64,000 nt of DNA from Candidatus Atabeyarchaeum deiterrae (GTDB lineage: Archaea; Asgardarchaeota; Atabeyarchaeia; Atabeyarchaeales; Atabeyarchaeaceae): positions 2,208,001 to 2,272,000 of the forward strand of contig CP147780.1 of assembly GCA_037310415.1 (NCBI GenBank), read 5' to 3'. A program made the translations under genes and the position numbers. Below are positions 19,391-27,781 of this stretch, in pieces. The notes under the pieces are model-generated. The model worked only from the letters and a program-made list of their open reading frames with translations. It was not told where the DNA came from and made no database searches. Position 1 is the stretch's first letter. Each line of letters opens with the position of its first letter.

Positions 19391-19452
19391 AGTGACTGGG
19401 TTAATCCAGCGTAAGTCTTCTTCAGTGTGGAGTTGCAAAGGAAGTGGCTTGA

Positions 19453-20619
19453 GTGCCTCAACCTACAAGTACTGATGCGAAAAAGAGTGGCGCAGACAAG
19501 AAGGAGCGCAGGCAAGAAAAAGGCGTCAGCGAACAGATGAGGGCAGACCACTTCGCCACGAAAGAGATGAGAGAGTTACACGATAAGGCCTCAAACCTAA
19601 TGCGGCAAGGCAATTACAGGCAAGCATTTGACGCATACGTTGAGTATGGCGATTCGGCAAGCAAGATCAAAGGGTTGATCGGAGGAGAAGCTGCGATCCT
19701 AGAAGGAGCCCGGAAATTCGAGGAGCTGCGCTACTGGAATGAGGCTGGAAATCTATACGCTGTTGCGGCCAACTATTTAAACAATTCAGGTACTTTTTCT
19801 GACGCAGCTGACTTCTACCTAATGGCTGCAGAAAGACTTGCCAAAGCAGACGACAGGAGCATGGCTGGATTCATCGCTTCCTGCTATGCCGCGGCAGCCC
19901 ATGCGCTTCGTGAAATAAAATCTACGGGTCAATCCGACGCCGCATTGATAAAAGGAGTTTTGGTTGCCACCGGCGACGACCCTCGCGAGGCAGAAGCTAG
20001 CGCCTTTAAGATGACCAAAGTAGGTGACTTCGAAAACGCATCTGGGATGTTCCTCAAAGCGGCTTCGACGTACCTGAAGGGAACTGATGAGCTATCAGGC
20101 TTGGCTTCAACCGTCGGGATTGGGTCGCTGGCTGTCGACGTGAAGTCTGTGCTTCAACACAGGGCGGGGCAAGACTTTCTAGCTGCTGCTACTTGCCTCT
20201 TGAAGTCAGAGGCAAAAGCTGACCTTGTCAAGGGATATCTTGTAAAAGCTGCAGATGAGTTCACGAATGCCGTGTTCAACTTCACTCCCCTGTTCTCTCT
20301 TGGGGAAGCCAACAAGGAAGATTCAAGAAGATACTCCTATGACCTGGTGATGGCGACAGCGCTACGAATAGTACTTGGATCAACTGAAGACATCGAAACT
20401 TTAAAGCAACAGCTGACATATGCCAACGAGAAGCCGACAAAGGAACTCCAAGAAAGCAAGTCCTTGACAGTTGCACGCCTATTGATGGAGAAAAAGAAGG
20501 TTGAAACTGTAGTCGGTGATCTCAGAGAGATTCAATTCGGAACCATGGAAGAGTTGAAAGACCCTATTATAGAGCTATTCCTGAGCTATAAGACCGCAGG
20601 AAAAAGAGCCAGACGTTAA
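19453..20619 (+). CDS. Alpha-helical TPR-like protein resembling alpha-SNAP (NSF attachment protein)
   Basis: Repeated AG.LY..AA / AADFY..AAE / ASGMFLKAA helical-hairpin motifs. Confidence 0.55.
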   Translation: MPQPTSTDAKKSGADKKERRQEKGVSEQMRADHFATKEMRELHDKASNLMRQGNYRQAFDAYVEYGDSASKIKGLIGGEAAILEGARKFEELRYWNEAGNLYAVAANYLNNSGTFSDAADFYLMAAERLAKADDRSMAGFIASCYAAAAHALREIKSTGQSDAALIKGVLVATGDDPREAEASAFKMTKVGDFENASGMFLKAASTYLKGTDELSGLASTVGIGSLAVDVKSVLQHRAGQDFLAAATCLLKSEAKADLVKGYLVKAADEFTNAVFNFTPLFSLGEANKEDSRRYSYDLVMATALRIVLGSTEDIETLKQQLTYANEKPTKELQESKSLTVARLLMEKKKVETVVGDLREIQFGTMEELKDPIIELFLSYKTAGKRARR

Positions 20620-20634
20620 TTAGGTCTTGTCGAT

Positions 20635-21159
20635 CTACAGCTTGTATCCGATCTTGCGAAGCAGCTCTTTTCGTTCGCGAATATCTTTCTCAGTTTCAAT
20701 GCCCCTTGGCATGCTGCCATCTATCACACCAAGAATTCCTCTACCTTGATCCGTTTCAGCAACGATTATTTCTACAGGGTTTGCAGTAGAGCAGAAAACT
20801 GAGCAGACCTCTGGAACCTCCTTTATTCTGTTCAGAATGTTGATTGGATAAAAATCACGCATGAACACTATGAAACAGTGTCCGCAGCCTATCTTTGAAG
20901 CAGCCTCTGCCGCCAACTTCTTGAGTTCGTCGTCCGTGCCTGAAAGACGAACCAAACATGGACCACTTGATTCGCAGAATGCGAGTCCAAATTTGGCACC
21001 CGGGACAGCGGTCACAACGCTCTCATGAATGTCTTCCACTGTCTTAATGAAGTGGGACTGTCCCAATATCAAGTTACAATTCCTCGGAGCCTCAATCTTC
21101 ACGACTTTCAACTCCATCCCGCTCATCCTCCGCTCAAAACAGCTTACTGCCCTCTCCAA
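20635..21159 (-). CDS. Adenosine-specific kinase-like protein (DUF355 family)
   Basis: [57 protein letters not shown]. Confidence 0.85.
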   Translation of the reverse strand: MERAVSCFERRMSGMELKVVKIEAPRNCNLILGQSHFIKTVEDIHESVVTAVPGAKFGLAFCESSGPCLVRLSGTDDELKKLAAEAASKIGCGHCFIVFMRDFYPINILNRIKEVPEVCSVFCSTANPVEIIVAETDQGRGILGVIDGSMPRGIETEKDIRERKELLRKIGYKL

Positions 21160-21252
21160 TTGGCGCTTCTTTTTTTGTCGCTAGACTGGATTGAATAATA
21201 CTCAGCTTATAATATTTGTGAGAAACTGTTTTGTTAACTCTTCGGGTGGTAG

Positions 21253-21260
21253 TTTTTATA
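21253..21260 (+). promoter_or_regulatory. TATA box for a probably leaderless tnpB transcript
   Basis: TTTTTATA ending 23 nt before ATG 21283, just inside the left TIR. Confidence 0.55.
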
Positions 21261-21282
21261 CGTGAAATACCTCGTCTTAGGT

Positions 21283-22440
21283 ATGCAAGTAATCAAAGCA
21301 GTCAAGCAAAGCTACACGCCATCCCCCCAGTTGCTTAACCTCTTGCACGAGTTTAGGAAGATGGTGAATGATTGTATACGGGTTGGCTTGGCTGAGAACG
21401 TTACTTCGATGAAGGCTCTTTCAAAGAAGGCTTATCATGAACTTGCAAGACATGATGTGCCAACCTACTACCGTTTGACTGCGATTAGTAAAGCTGCTGG
21501 CATCCTTCGGAATTACAGGCACGCTCTAAGAAGGAAGCAGCCGAGGGTGAAGAAGCCGTATGCGATTAAGCCCATGCTCACTGACTGCTACGGTTTCAAG
21601 ATAATCAACGGCAAGCTCAGACTACCGATCAGAGCAAGAGAATACGTTTACATCCCATTGAACGCTTACGTGTTGCGGTCTATTGAGGGCCATGCTGCGC
21701 GATCAGTCTGTCTGACTACTTGCACCGTATCGGCGGCTTACTCGAAAGAAGCTACTCAGATTGAGCCTGTAGGGCTAATCGGGATTGACCGCAACCTCGA
21801 CAACGTAACCACAGCATCTTCAGACGGAAAGGTGAAACGATATGACCTGTCAAAAGTGACCAAAATCAAAGAAAACTGCAGGCAGGCTAAGCGAGGCTTC
21901 AGAAGAAATGACTACCGCATCATGAAACACCTCTATTCCAAATATGGGAGAATCCAAAAGAGCAAAGTGAATTGGATACTGCACAACGCTTCCGCAAGCA
22001 TAGTGAGACAGGCGAAAGAAGAACAGTTCGGCATAGTCATGGAAGACATCAGGGGCATCCGTAAGCTCTACAGAAAGGGAAACTGGCAAGGAAAAGACTA
22101 CAGAGCAAGATTGAACGGTTGGAGCTACGCTGAGCTGCAACGGCAAATAGAGTACAAGGCACGTTGGGAAGGTATCCCCGTGTTTTACGTTCATTCATCC
22201 AAGACTTCTTCAGTCTGCGCGATATGTGGCTGTAACATAGCTGAATGTGCAGGGAGGAAGGTCTACTGTCCATGCTGCAATAGGCTCGTGGACAGGGATG
22301 AGAACGCGGCTTTGAATATTGTCGGCGCAGGGCTGCGGTTCAGCCTGAAGGGAGTAGCAGCTGAAGCAGTGAAGGGGAACCCTGAAAAGGTAATCCTCCG
22401 AGCAGATGCCACCCAGTTAACTCATCACCCGAAGAGTTAA
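21283..22440 (+). CDS. tnpB: RNA-guided endonuclease TnpB (Cas12f-like)
   Basis: RuvC-I GIDRN, RuvC-II MEDIRGIR, Zn ribbon CAICG...CPCC, RuvC-III DRDENAALNI; catalytic D-E-D intact. Confidence 0.93.
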   Translation: MQVIKAVKQSYTPSPQLLNLLHEFRKMVNDCIRVGLAENVTSMKALSKKAYHELARHDVPTYYRLTAISKAAGILRNYRHALRRKQPRVKKPYAIKPMLTDCYGFKIINGKLRLPIRAREYVYIPLNAYVLRSIEGHAARSVCLTTCTVSAAYSKEATQIEPVGLIGIDRNLDNVTTASSDGKVKRYDLSKVTKIKENCRQAKRGFRRNDYRIMKHLYSKYGRIQKSKVNWILHNASASIVRQAKEEQFGIVMEDIRGIRKLYRKGNWQGKDYRARLNGWSYAELQRQIEYKARWEGIPVFYVHSSKTSSVCAICGCNIAECAGRKVYCPCCNRLVDRDENAALNIVGAGLRFSLKGVAAEAVKGNPEKVILRADATQLTHHPKS

Positions 22441-22557
22441 CAGAACCTGAGAAACGATGCTGACTTAGTTTGACTCGATCCTCATACTCTTTTATTAAGG
22501 GGTTAAAAGCTAATCCCTAGCATCGAAGAATAGAAAAGTATCCCAAGAAAGGCTGAA

Positions 22558-23361
22558 GTGAGTGGTGTAGTAGAAATGGGTTCGCTCGTTTTGGTCGAGA
22601 AGAAAGACAGGCTGACCAAGGTCATTCTCAATAGAGAAGATAGGAGAAATGCATTCAATCAAGATCTCTTGTCAGATCTCGGGGCTGCTCTTAAAGCGGT
22701 TCGAGACGATTCAGACTGCTTGGGGGTAATCGTGACAGGCGTAGGACCAGTCTTCTCATCAGGACTTGACCTGAAGGCTTTTCAAGACGGGTTTGCCTCA
22801 AGCCATCAAGATCCATCAGGGATTATTCGCCTTGTCCAAGATACCTTCACCGCTCTGGAGGACATGGAGAAGCCAACCCTTGCAGCAGTGAACGGTACGG
22901 CTACGGGGATGGGACTGGAACTTGCTCTGGCATGTGATTTTAGAATCGCCTCGGATGATTGCAGACTGAGTCTTCCTGAAGTATGCCTCGGCATCATGCC
23001 TGACATCGGTGGTGCTATGCTTCCAAAGCTTGTAGGTCTTGGCATCGCGAAGGAGATAGCTTTGACAGGTCAAGTGATTGATGCTCAGAGGGCCGAAAGG
23101 ATCGGACTGGTAAACAAGGTCGTTCCGCCCAGTGAATTAATGGTCGAAGCTGAGAATTTCGTCCGCCAGATAATAGAAAACAGCCCCATCGCAGTCAGAT
23201 CCACGAAGACATTGATGAACAAAGCTTTCCAATTGGATCCAAAAACGATGGCTGAGTACACAATAGACCTACAGCTTCAGTGCCTTAAGTCAAATGATCT
23301 TCTACGCTACGCAGCAAATTACATCTCAAAAAGAATCAAGCTGCCGCCGAAACCCAACTGA
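22558..23361 (+). CDS. Enoyl-CoA hydratase/isomerase family protein
   Basis: LNREDRRNA, FSSGLDL, KPTLAAVNG.A.G.GLELALACDFR, PEVCLG. Confidence 0.92.
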   Translation: MSGVVEMGSLVLVEKKDRLTKVILNREDRRNAFNQDLLSDLGAALKAVRDDSDCLGVIVTGVGPVFSSGLDLKAFQDGFASSHQDPSGIIRLVQDTFTALEDMEKPTLAAVNGTATGMGLELALACDFRIASDDCRLSLPEVCLGIMPDIGGAMLPKLVGLGIAKEIALTGQVIDAQRAERIGLVNKVVPPSELMVEAENFVRQIIENSPIAVRSTKTLMNKAFQLDPKTMAEYTIDLQLQCLKSNDLLRYAANYISKRIKLPPKPN

Positions 23362-23670
23362 AAAGACAAAGTCCTGGTACCGTTTCCAGCCTCAAATCCG
23401 TCCCTCGAGTTAGGTGACAAAGACGGCATTACAGATTGTCGGGAGTGGACGTGAAGAAGATTTCAGGAGATTCGTATGAAAATGCGCGGTCTTGAATCAG
23501 AAAACCTAATCACAAGCCTGTATTGTCGCTAAGATGAGACCCTTATATACTGATAATAGTTTTTAAATACGTGACTCCGCATTATTATTAACCCGATTGG
23601 GGGTTTATTAAAGGGAGATACGGTAAATCAACCACCTGTTTAAGCATTCACAATTAACGGTCATTGGAAG

Positions 23671-25233
23671 TTGATCAATATGTTGAGGAGACTAAGGGCA
23701 TCCCTTGGATCGAAAGATCAGGCTGCTAAACTGGCGGACATTGCGCTGAAAGATGACATAGCAGCTTTCGATTTAATTTCGTCAATGGGGAGCGCCGACG
23801 AAGGTGTTAGAGAAGTAGCCTCAAAAGCAATCATAGAGGTAGCAAGAAGGAATTATGACAAGCTCCAGAGCCTCGTACTCCGCTGGGCTGGCGACAGACA
23901 CTTCAAGATGAATGCATTTGTCAAATGGACAGACGGACTTGAATCCAGGAACCTTGAGAGGATCAGGGCAATCCTGATCGAAAAGATAAGGTCAGGCTCT
24001 GCAGTTGATCAGTTAGTCAACCAGTACGATTCAGTCAATCAAAAACTCAACAAGCTGAAGGACTACTTCTACGAAAAGCGTGTGACACAACCCGTCTACG
24101 AGACTCTCAAGTTTGAGTATGAGTCCCAACTTCTTGCATCAACAAAGAACCTTCTGGCGCAGTTTCTGGAGAACGCAAAGATGCTAGAAGAGCTCTCAGA
24201 AAGAAGGGCAAAGATAAAAGACGAGTCCTCGATCCTTCAGACAAAGGCTGTTCTGGGCGACATAAGCCGGAAAGAAAGCGAATCCAGGAAGGCCGAGCTG
24301 AACGAGCAGCTTGAAGAAACAAAGGAGAAGGACCAGAAACTTTCAGAAGAACTATCGGTCATGCTAATCTCATGCGGACCAGTGAAAGTCATCGACGAGA
24401 CTGGAAAAAGCGTCGCGCTAGCGTTCGAGTTCTCGACAGACCGTGAGAAACACTTGGTTGAACTCAAGGGTAGGATGTTCACCGAGAACGACGCACAGAT
24501 TGAGAGAATCGGCGAGAACAGAAACGAACTCATTGCATTCATCCACAATTTGAGACAGTCATCGCACAATCCACCAGTTACCTCAGACAGACTAACACCG
24601 GATATTGTCGATGAAGTATCTGGGATTGTGGCATCCGAGCTCAAGACAAGCTCAGAAGAAGCTTTGCACATAGAAAAACTGAGAAGATTCCTAGAACTCA
24701 CGCCGTGGGGATCTGCAAGAATCAAGAACGTGTCAATTCCCACAAAGAACCTAACGGCATCAGAAAAAGGATTCATCATGAAGGCTGGTACAATAGAGAT
24801 TGAGAGAGCCGAGCCCGTCCAAGTAGTGAAACCTGTCGAGGTTCCAATTGTTCCAAAGCCAGCAGCACAAGAGAAACCACCAGTGATAGCGGAGAAAAGG
24901 CCAGTGGCGCAAGAGAGTACGCCTCCAGTCTCGCCAAGAATGCCAGCTTCTCCAGACAGAACCGCGCCGGAGACCGAGAAGTCAACGGGGATACCTGAGA
25001 GATCTGCTTTTTCGCTGCAGAGAGCAGCGCCCGAGGTGAAGGTGGCTGAGAAGTCAGCCGACCTTACTGATCAGGAGCTGCAAAGGGAAATCAAGAGTCT
25101 GCAGGAGATGCTTGACGAAGACAAGGGGTTCAAAGCAGATGACAAGGATGAATCCGAGTCAGTCGACAGCAAAGTCCTCGGCGAAATCGGAAAAGCGGCG
25201 GAGAAACTAAAAGAAAGAATGAAAAACAGGTAG
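23671..25233 (+). CDS. Hypothetical protein: HEAT-like N-terminus, CdvA-like coiled coil, Pro/Glu-rich linker, acidic C-terminal helix
   Basis: 520-aa ORF; KLNKLKDYFYEKRVTQPVYETLKFEYE and LQTKAVLGDISRKESE segments; low-complexity tail. Confidence 0.6.
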   Translation: MINMLRRLRASLGSKDQAAKLADIALKDDIAAFDLISSMGSADEGVREVASKAIIEVARRNYDKLQSLVLRWAGDRHFKMNAFVKWTDGLESRNLERIRAILIEKIRSGSAVDQLVNQYDSVNQKLNKLKDYFYEKRVTQPVYETLKFEYESQLLASTKNLLAQFLENAKMLEELSERRAKIKDESSILQTKAVLGDISRKESESRKAELNEQLEETKEKDQKLSEELSVMLISCGPVKVIDETGKSVALAFEFSTDREKHLVELKGRMFTENDAQIERIGENRNELIAFIHNLRQSSHNPPVTSDRLTPDIVDEVSGIVASELKTSSEEALHIEKLRRFLELTPWGSARIKNVSIPTKNLTASEKGFIMKAGTIEIERAEPVQVVKPVEVPIVPKPAAQEKPPVIAEKRPVAQESTPPVSPRMPASPDRTAPETEKSTGIPERSAFSLQRAAPEVKVAEKSADLTDQELQREIKSLQEMLDEDKGFKADDKDESESVDSKVLGEIGKAAEKLKERMKNR

Positions 25234-25354
25234 GCTTCTACAAGAAAACAGAGCCCTGCAAATCATACCATCAAATGATAAGGAGCTCACTAGACAGAAT
25301 GTGTATTGAACCTCCCCGTGTGTCCGCGCCCACCCTTCTGGAATATTAGGTCAG

Positions 25355-25663
25355 TCACTTCTTGAATGTTGACAGTCTACTCTGGATCCACGCTCTCCAG
25401 CCTGCATCTCGTTCCCACTGCATCTTGATCAACTGAAATTTGCTTACCCAGTATGTGACTTCTGAGGCCCCAACAGCGAGTTTTATTAGGTGGATATCTC
25501 CCCGACTAGCCATTATCTCGAGGATCTTGCTTTGAGTGAATGGACCTTTCCAGAGTTGCATCGTCTTCCCGTCAGAGAACACAGCTACACATGGGATTGA
25601 CTGTACCTCATCCTCGTTCAGCACTTCACCCAGGTGGATTTGTTTCTCGACTAAGGTCGACAT
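25355..25663 (-). CDS. Hypothetical protein
   Basis: 102-aa ORF, ATG with AGGGG SD, globular composition. Confidence 0.6.
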   Translation of the reverse strand: MSTLVEKQIHLGEVLNEDEVQSIPCVAVFSDGKTMQLWKGPFTQSKILEIMASRGDIHLIKLAVGASEVTYWVSKFQLIKMQWERDAGWRAWIQSRLSTFKK

Positions 25664-26109
25664 TTGGTTTCTCTACCCCTAACGTGCTTAATTGAACGGT
25701 TCTCTGATTCACACATATAAGGTTAATGGTGGTTTCACGATGTTCGCAACGATTTATTGAGATTTTCACAACTCTTCCGGTTCGTTTCCTTCGTTTTCGG
25801 CAGGGCGAAACGCCCCCAGAGGCTACCATTGAGTTGCTTGGGCTCTGAAACCTCGATTAATGAGAGCCAGACGATGAGGTGTATTTGAGCGGAAGAAGAA
25901 AGTCGCATGATGGGCTGCATGCGCTTGCACCTTTCCTTCCAGAGAATCCAAGTCCGGCTAAAAACAACGTATTTCTCTGAGAAAGTCTAGCTCTTCTAGA
26001 CCTCAGTTAACTATATCTGATTGATGCATGCTAGCTAAGTTCATCTGTCAAGATGAATTCGTACGTTTATTATGTATCTAGTATTTTGATCGTGTAGAGA
26101 TGAACTCAG

Positions 26110-27645
26110 ATGGAGACCTTTCCTTGGTGGACTGAGGCACAGAAGAGGTTTGCAGTCGAGGTAGAGAAGTTTGCAGATGAGCACATCCCGGAAGCCGAAG
26201 AAAGTTGGTGGAAAATGGAGTTTCCTTGGGAACTGATGAAGAAGGTTGCAGTTAAGGGGATCTTTGGCGTTGGTGTTCCCAAGAAATATGGTGGCCTAGA
26301 ACTTGGAGCTACCGGCGCATGCATAGCAGCAGAGCAACTAGGCAGGCTCTATGCCGTCGGGCATGTCTTCGTTGTTAGCATGCTAGCAGGACTACACCAG
26401 CTCTTGTCGCATGGAACAGAAGAGCAGAGACAGAAATGGCTCACACAGACTGCAAAAGGTGACGTATTAGGCGCGGTTTGTATCACTGAACCTTTTGTGG
26501 GCTCAGATGCAGCAAACGTAGTCGTGAGAGCCCGCAAAGAAGGAAACGAGTATGTCATAGACGGTAAGAAAAGGTACATAACTGCCGCTGGCGTAGCAGG
26601 CAGATACTTTGTTTATGCAAGAACAAGTGACAAACCCGAGGACGTCAAGGCATACCGACACCTCACGGCGTTCCTCGTTGAGAAAGGCACTCCCGGTTTC
26701 TCCTTGGAGAAGATCAACTCACTGATAGCCTTCGATAATGTTCCAAACGGCGTCCTTGACTTTGACCAAGTCAGAGTGTCGGAGGAAAACAGAATTGGCA
26801 AAGAGGGACAAGGCTGGGAGATCATGACTGGGGGTCTGAACTACGAGCGATTAGTCGGCTCAGCCGTTTTCCCAGGTGCGATCATGGATGTACTGAGGAT
26901 AGTGACATTCTACACCGAAAGGCGAATCCAATTCGGCGAGCGAACCAACAGACTTGTCAACAACCAGTTCAAGGTGGCCGACATCATAACAAGAATGAAG
27001 GTAGCTCGTCTAATGTCGTTCTACACAGCATACTTGCTGGATTTGGGCAGAGAACCCGTCATTGAGTCGTCAATAGCGAAACTCATGAACTCCGAGTATG
27101 CGCGCGACGTGGGGCTGGACGCGATACAGATCATGGGCGGAGATGGATGCACCAAGTTCTTCCCAGTTGAGCGTTTGCTGCGAGACTCAAAGATCGGTGA
27201 GATAATCGCTGGAACTAGTGAGATACAGAAGTACGTTATCTACAGGATGTACTTGATGTCGATGAAGGCAGAGTTGAAGCCGAGAGCAAAACTGAGATTC
27301 CATCCAGAACTGAAGGTACCAGTCATGTCAACGAAACCGTCAGAGTTCAATGGAAAACCAGTGAATGAGGAAAACATCCTGAAAGTGCTAGGTGAGAACT
27401 ATCGAAACATCCCTGGCGCATATATGACTGTGGATGACATCAAAGAGGAATTTGGGTCAAAGGACACAGTAGCAGTAAACAACTCTTTACTTAAACTGGA
27501 GGAAAAGAAGCTAGTAGTTCTGTTCAGAGACAAGAAGGGATCAGTTGAACTCGGAAAAGCAACCTATACGGGACTCAGACAAGCTTATCCGCTCGAACAT
27601 TACAAATGGTTCCCTCCGTGGTACAGACCTGAAGACATTTTCTGA
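26110..27645 (+). CDS. Acyl-CoA dehydrogenase with C-terminal winged-helix-like extension
   Basis: CITEPFVGSDA, DGKKRYIT, GGDGC..FPVERLLRDSKIGEIIAGTSEIQ, plus ~125 extra C-terminal residues. Confidence 0.9.
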   Translation: METFPWWTEAQKRFAVEVEKFADEHIPEAEESWWKMEFPWELMKKVAVKGIFGVGVPKKYGGLELGATGACIAAEQLGRLYAVGHVFVVSMLAGLHQLLSHGTEEQRQKWLTQTAKGDVLGAVCITEPFVGSDAANVVVRARKEGNEYVIDGKKRYITAAGVAGRYFVYARTSDKPEDVKAYRHLTAFLVEKGTPGFSLEKINSLIAFDNVPNGVLDFDQVRVSEENRIGKEGQGWEIMTGGLNYERLVGSAVFPGAIMDVLRIVTFYTERRIQFGERTNRLVNNQFKVADIITRMKVARLMSFYTAYLLDLGREPVIESSIAKLMNSEYARDVGLDAIQIMGGDGCTKFFPVERLLRDSKIGEIIAGTSEIQKYVIYRMYLMSMKAELKPRAKLRFHPELKVPVMSTKPSEFNGKPVNEENILKVLGENYRNIPGAYMTVDDIKEEFGSKDTVAVNNSLLKLEEKKLVVLFRDKKGSVELGKATYTGLRQAYPLEHYKWFPPWYRPEDIF

Positions 27646-27781
27646 CAAATGAAGACTCGATGCACTAGGGTAGCTTATCAGCGACCAGCACAATACTCTT
27701 TTTTTGAGTTTGTACAGAAGACCGTTCCGCTACGCAGTTCTCGAACTATTCGGAAATGCATTCGAGCGCAATCTGCATCAG

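Larger units (their letters stand above)
21227..22447 (+). mobile_element. tnpB-only element bounded by IS6-like terminal inverted repeats with an 8-bp target-site duplication
   Basis: TIR-L 21227-21248 TGTTTTGTTAACTCTTCGGGTG; TIR-R 22426-22447 (revcomp GGTTCTGTTAACTCTTCGGGTG), 20/22 match; TGAGAAAC at both 21219-21226 and 22448-22455. Confidence 0.85.

Noticed and set aside
25664-25980. GGGCGAAACGCCC hairpin as a SECIS or riboswitch
   Set aside because: No adjacent gene with a plausible in-frame UGA and no recognisable aptamer consensus
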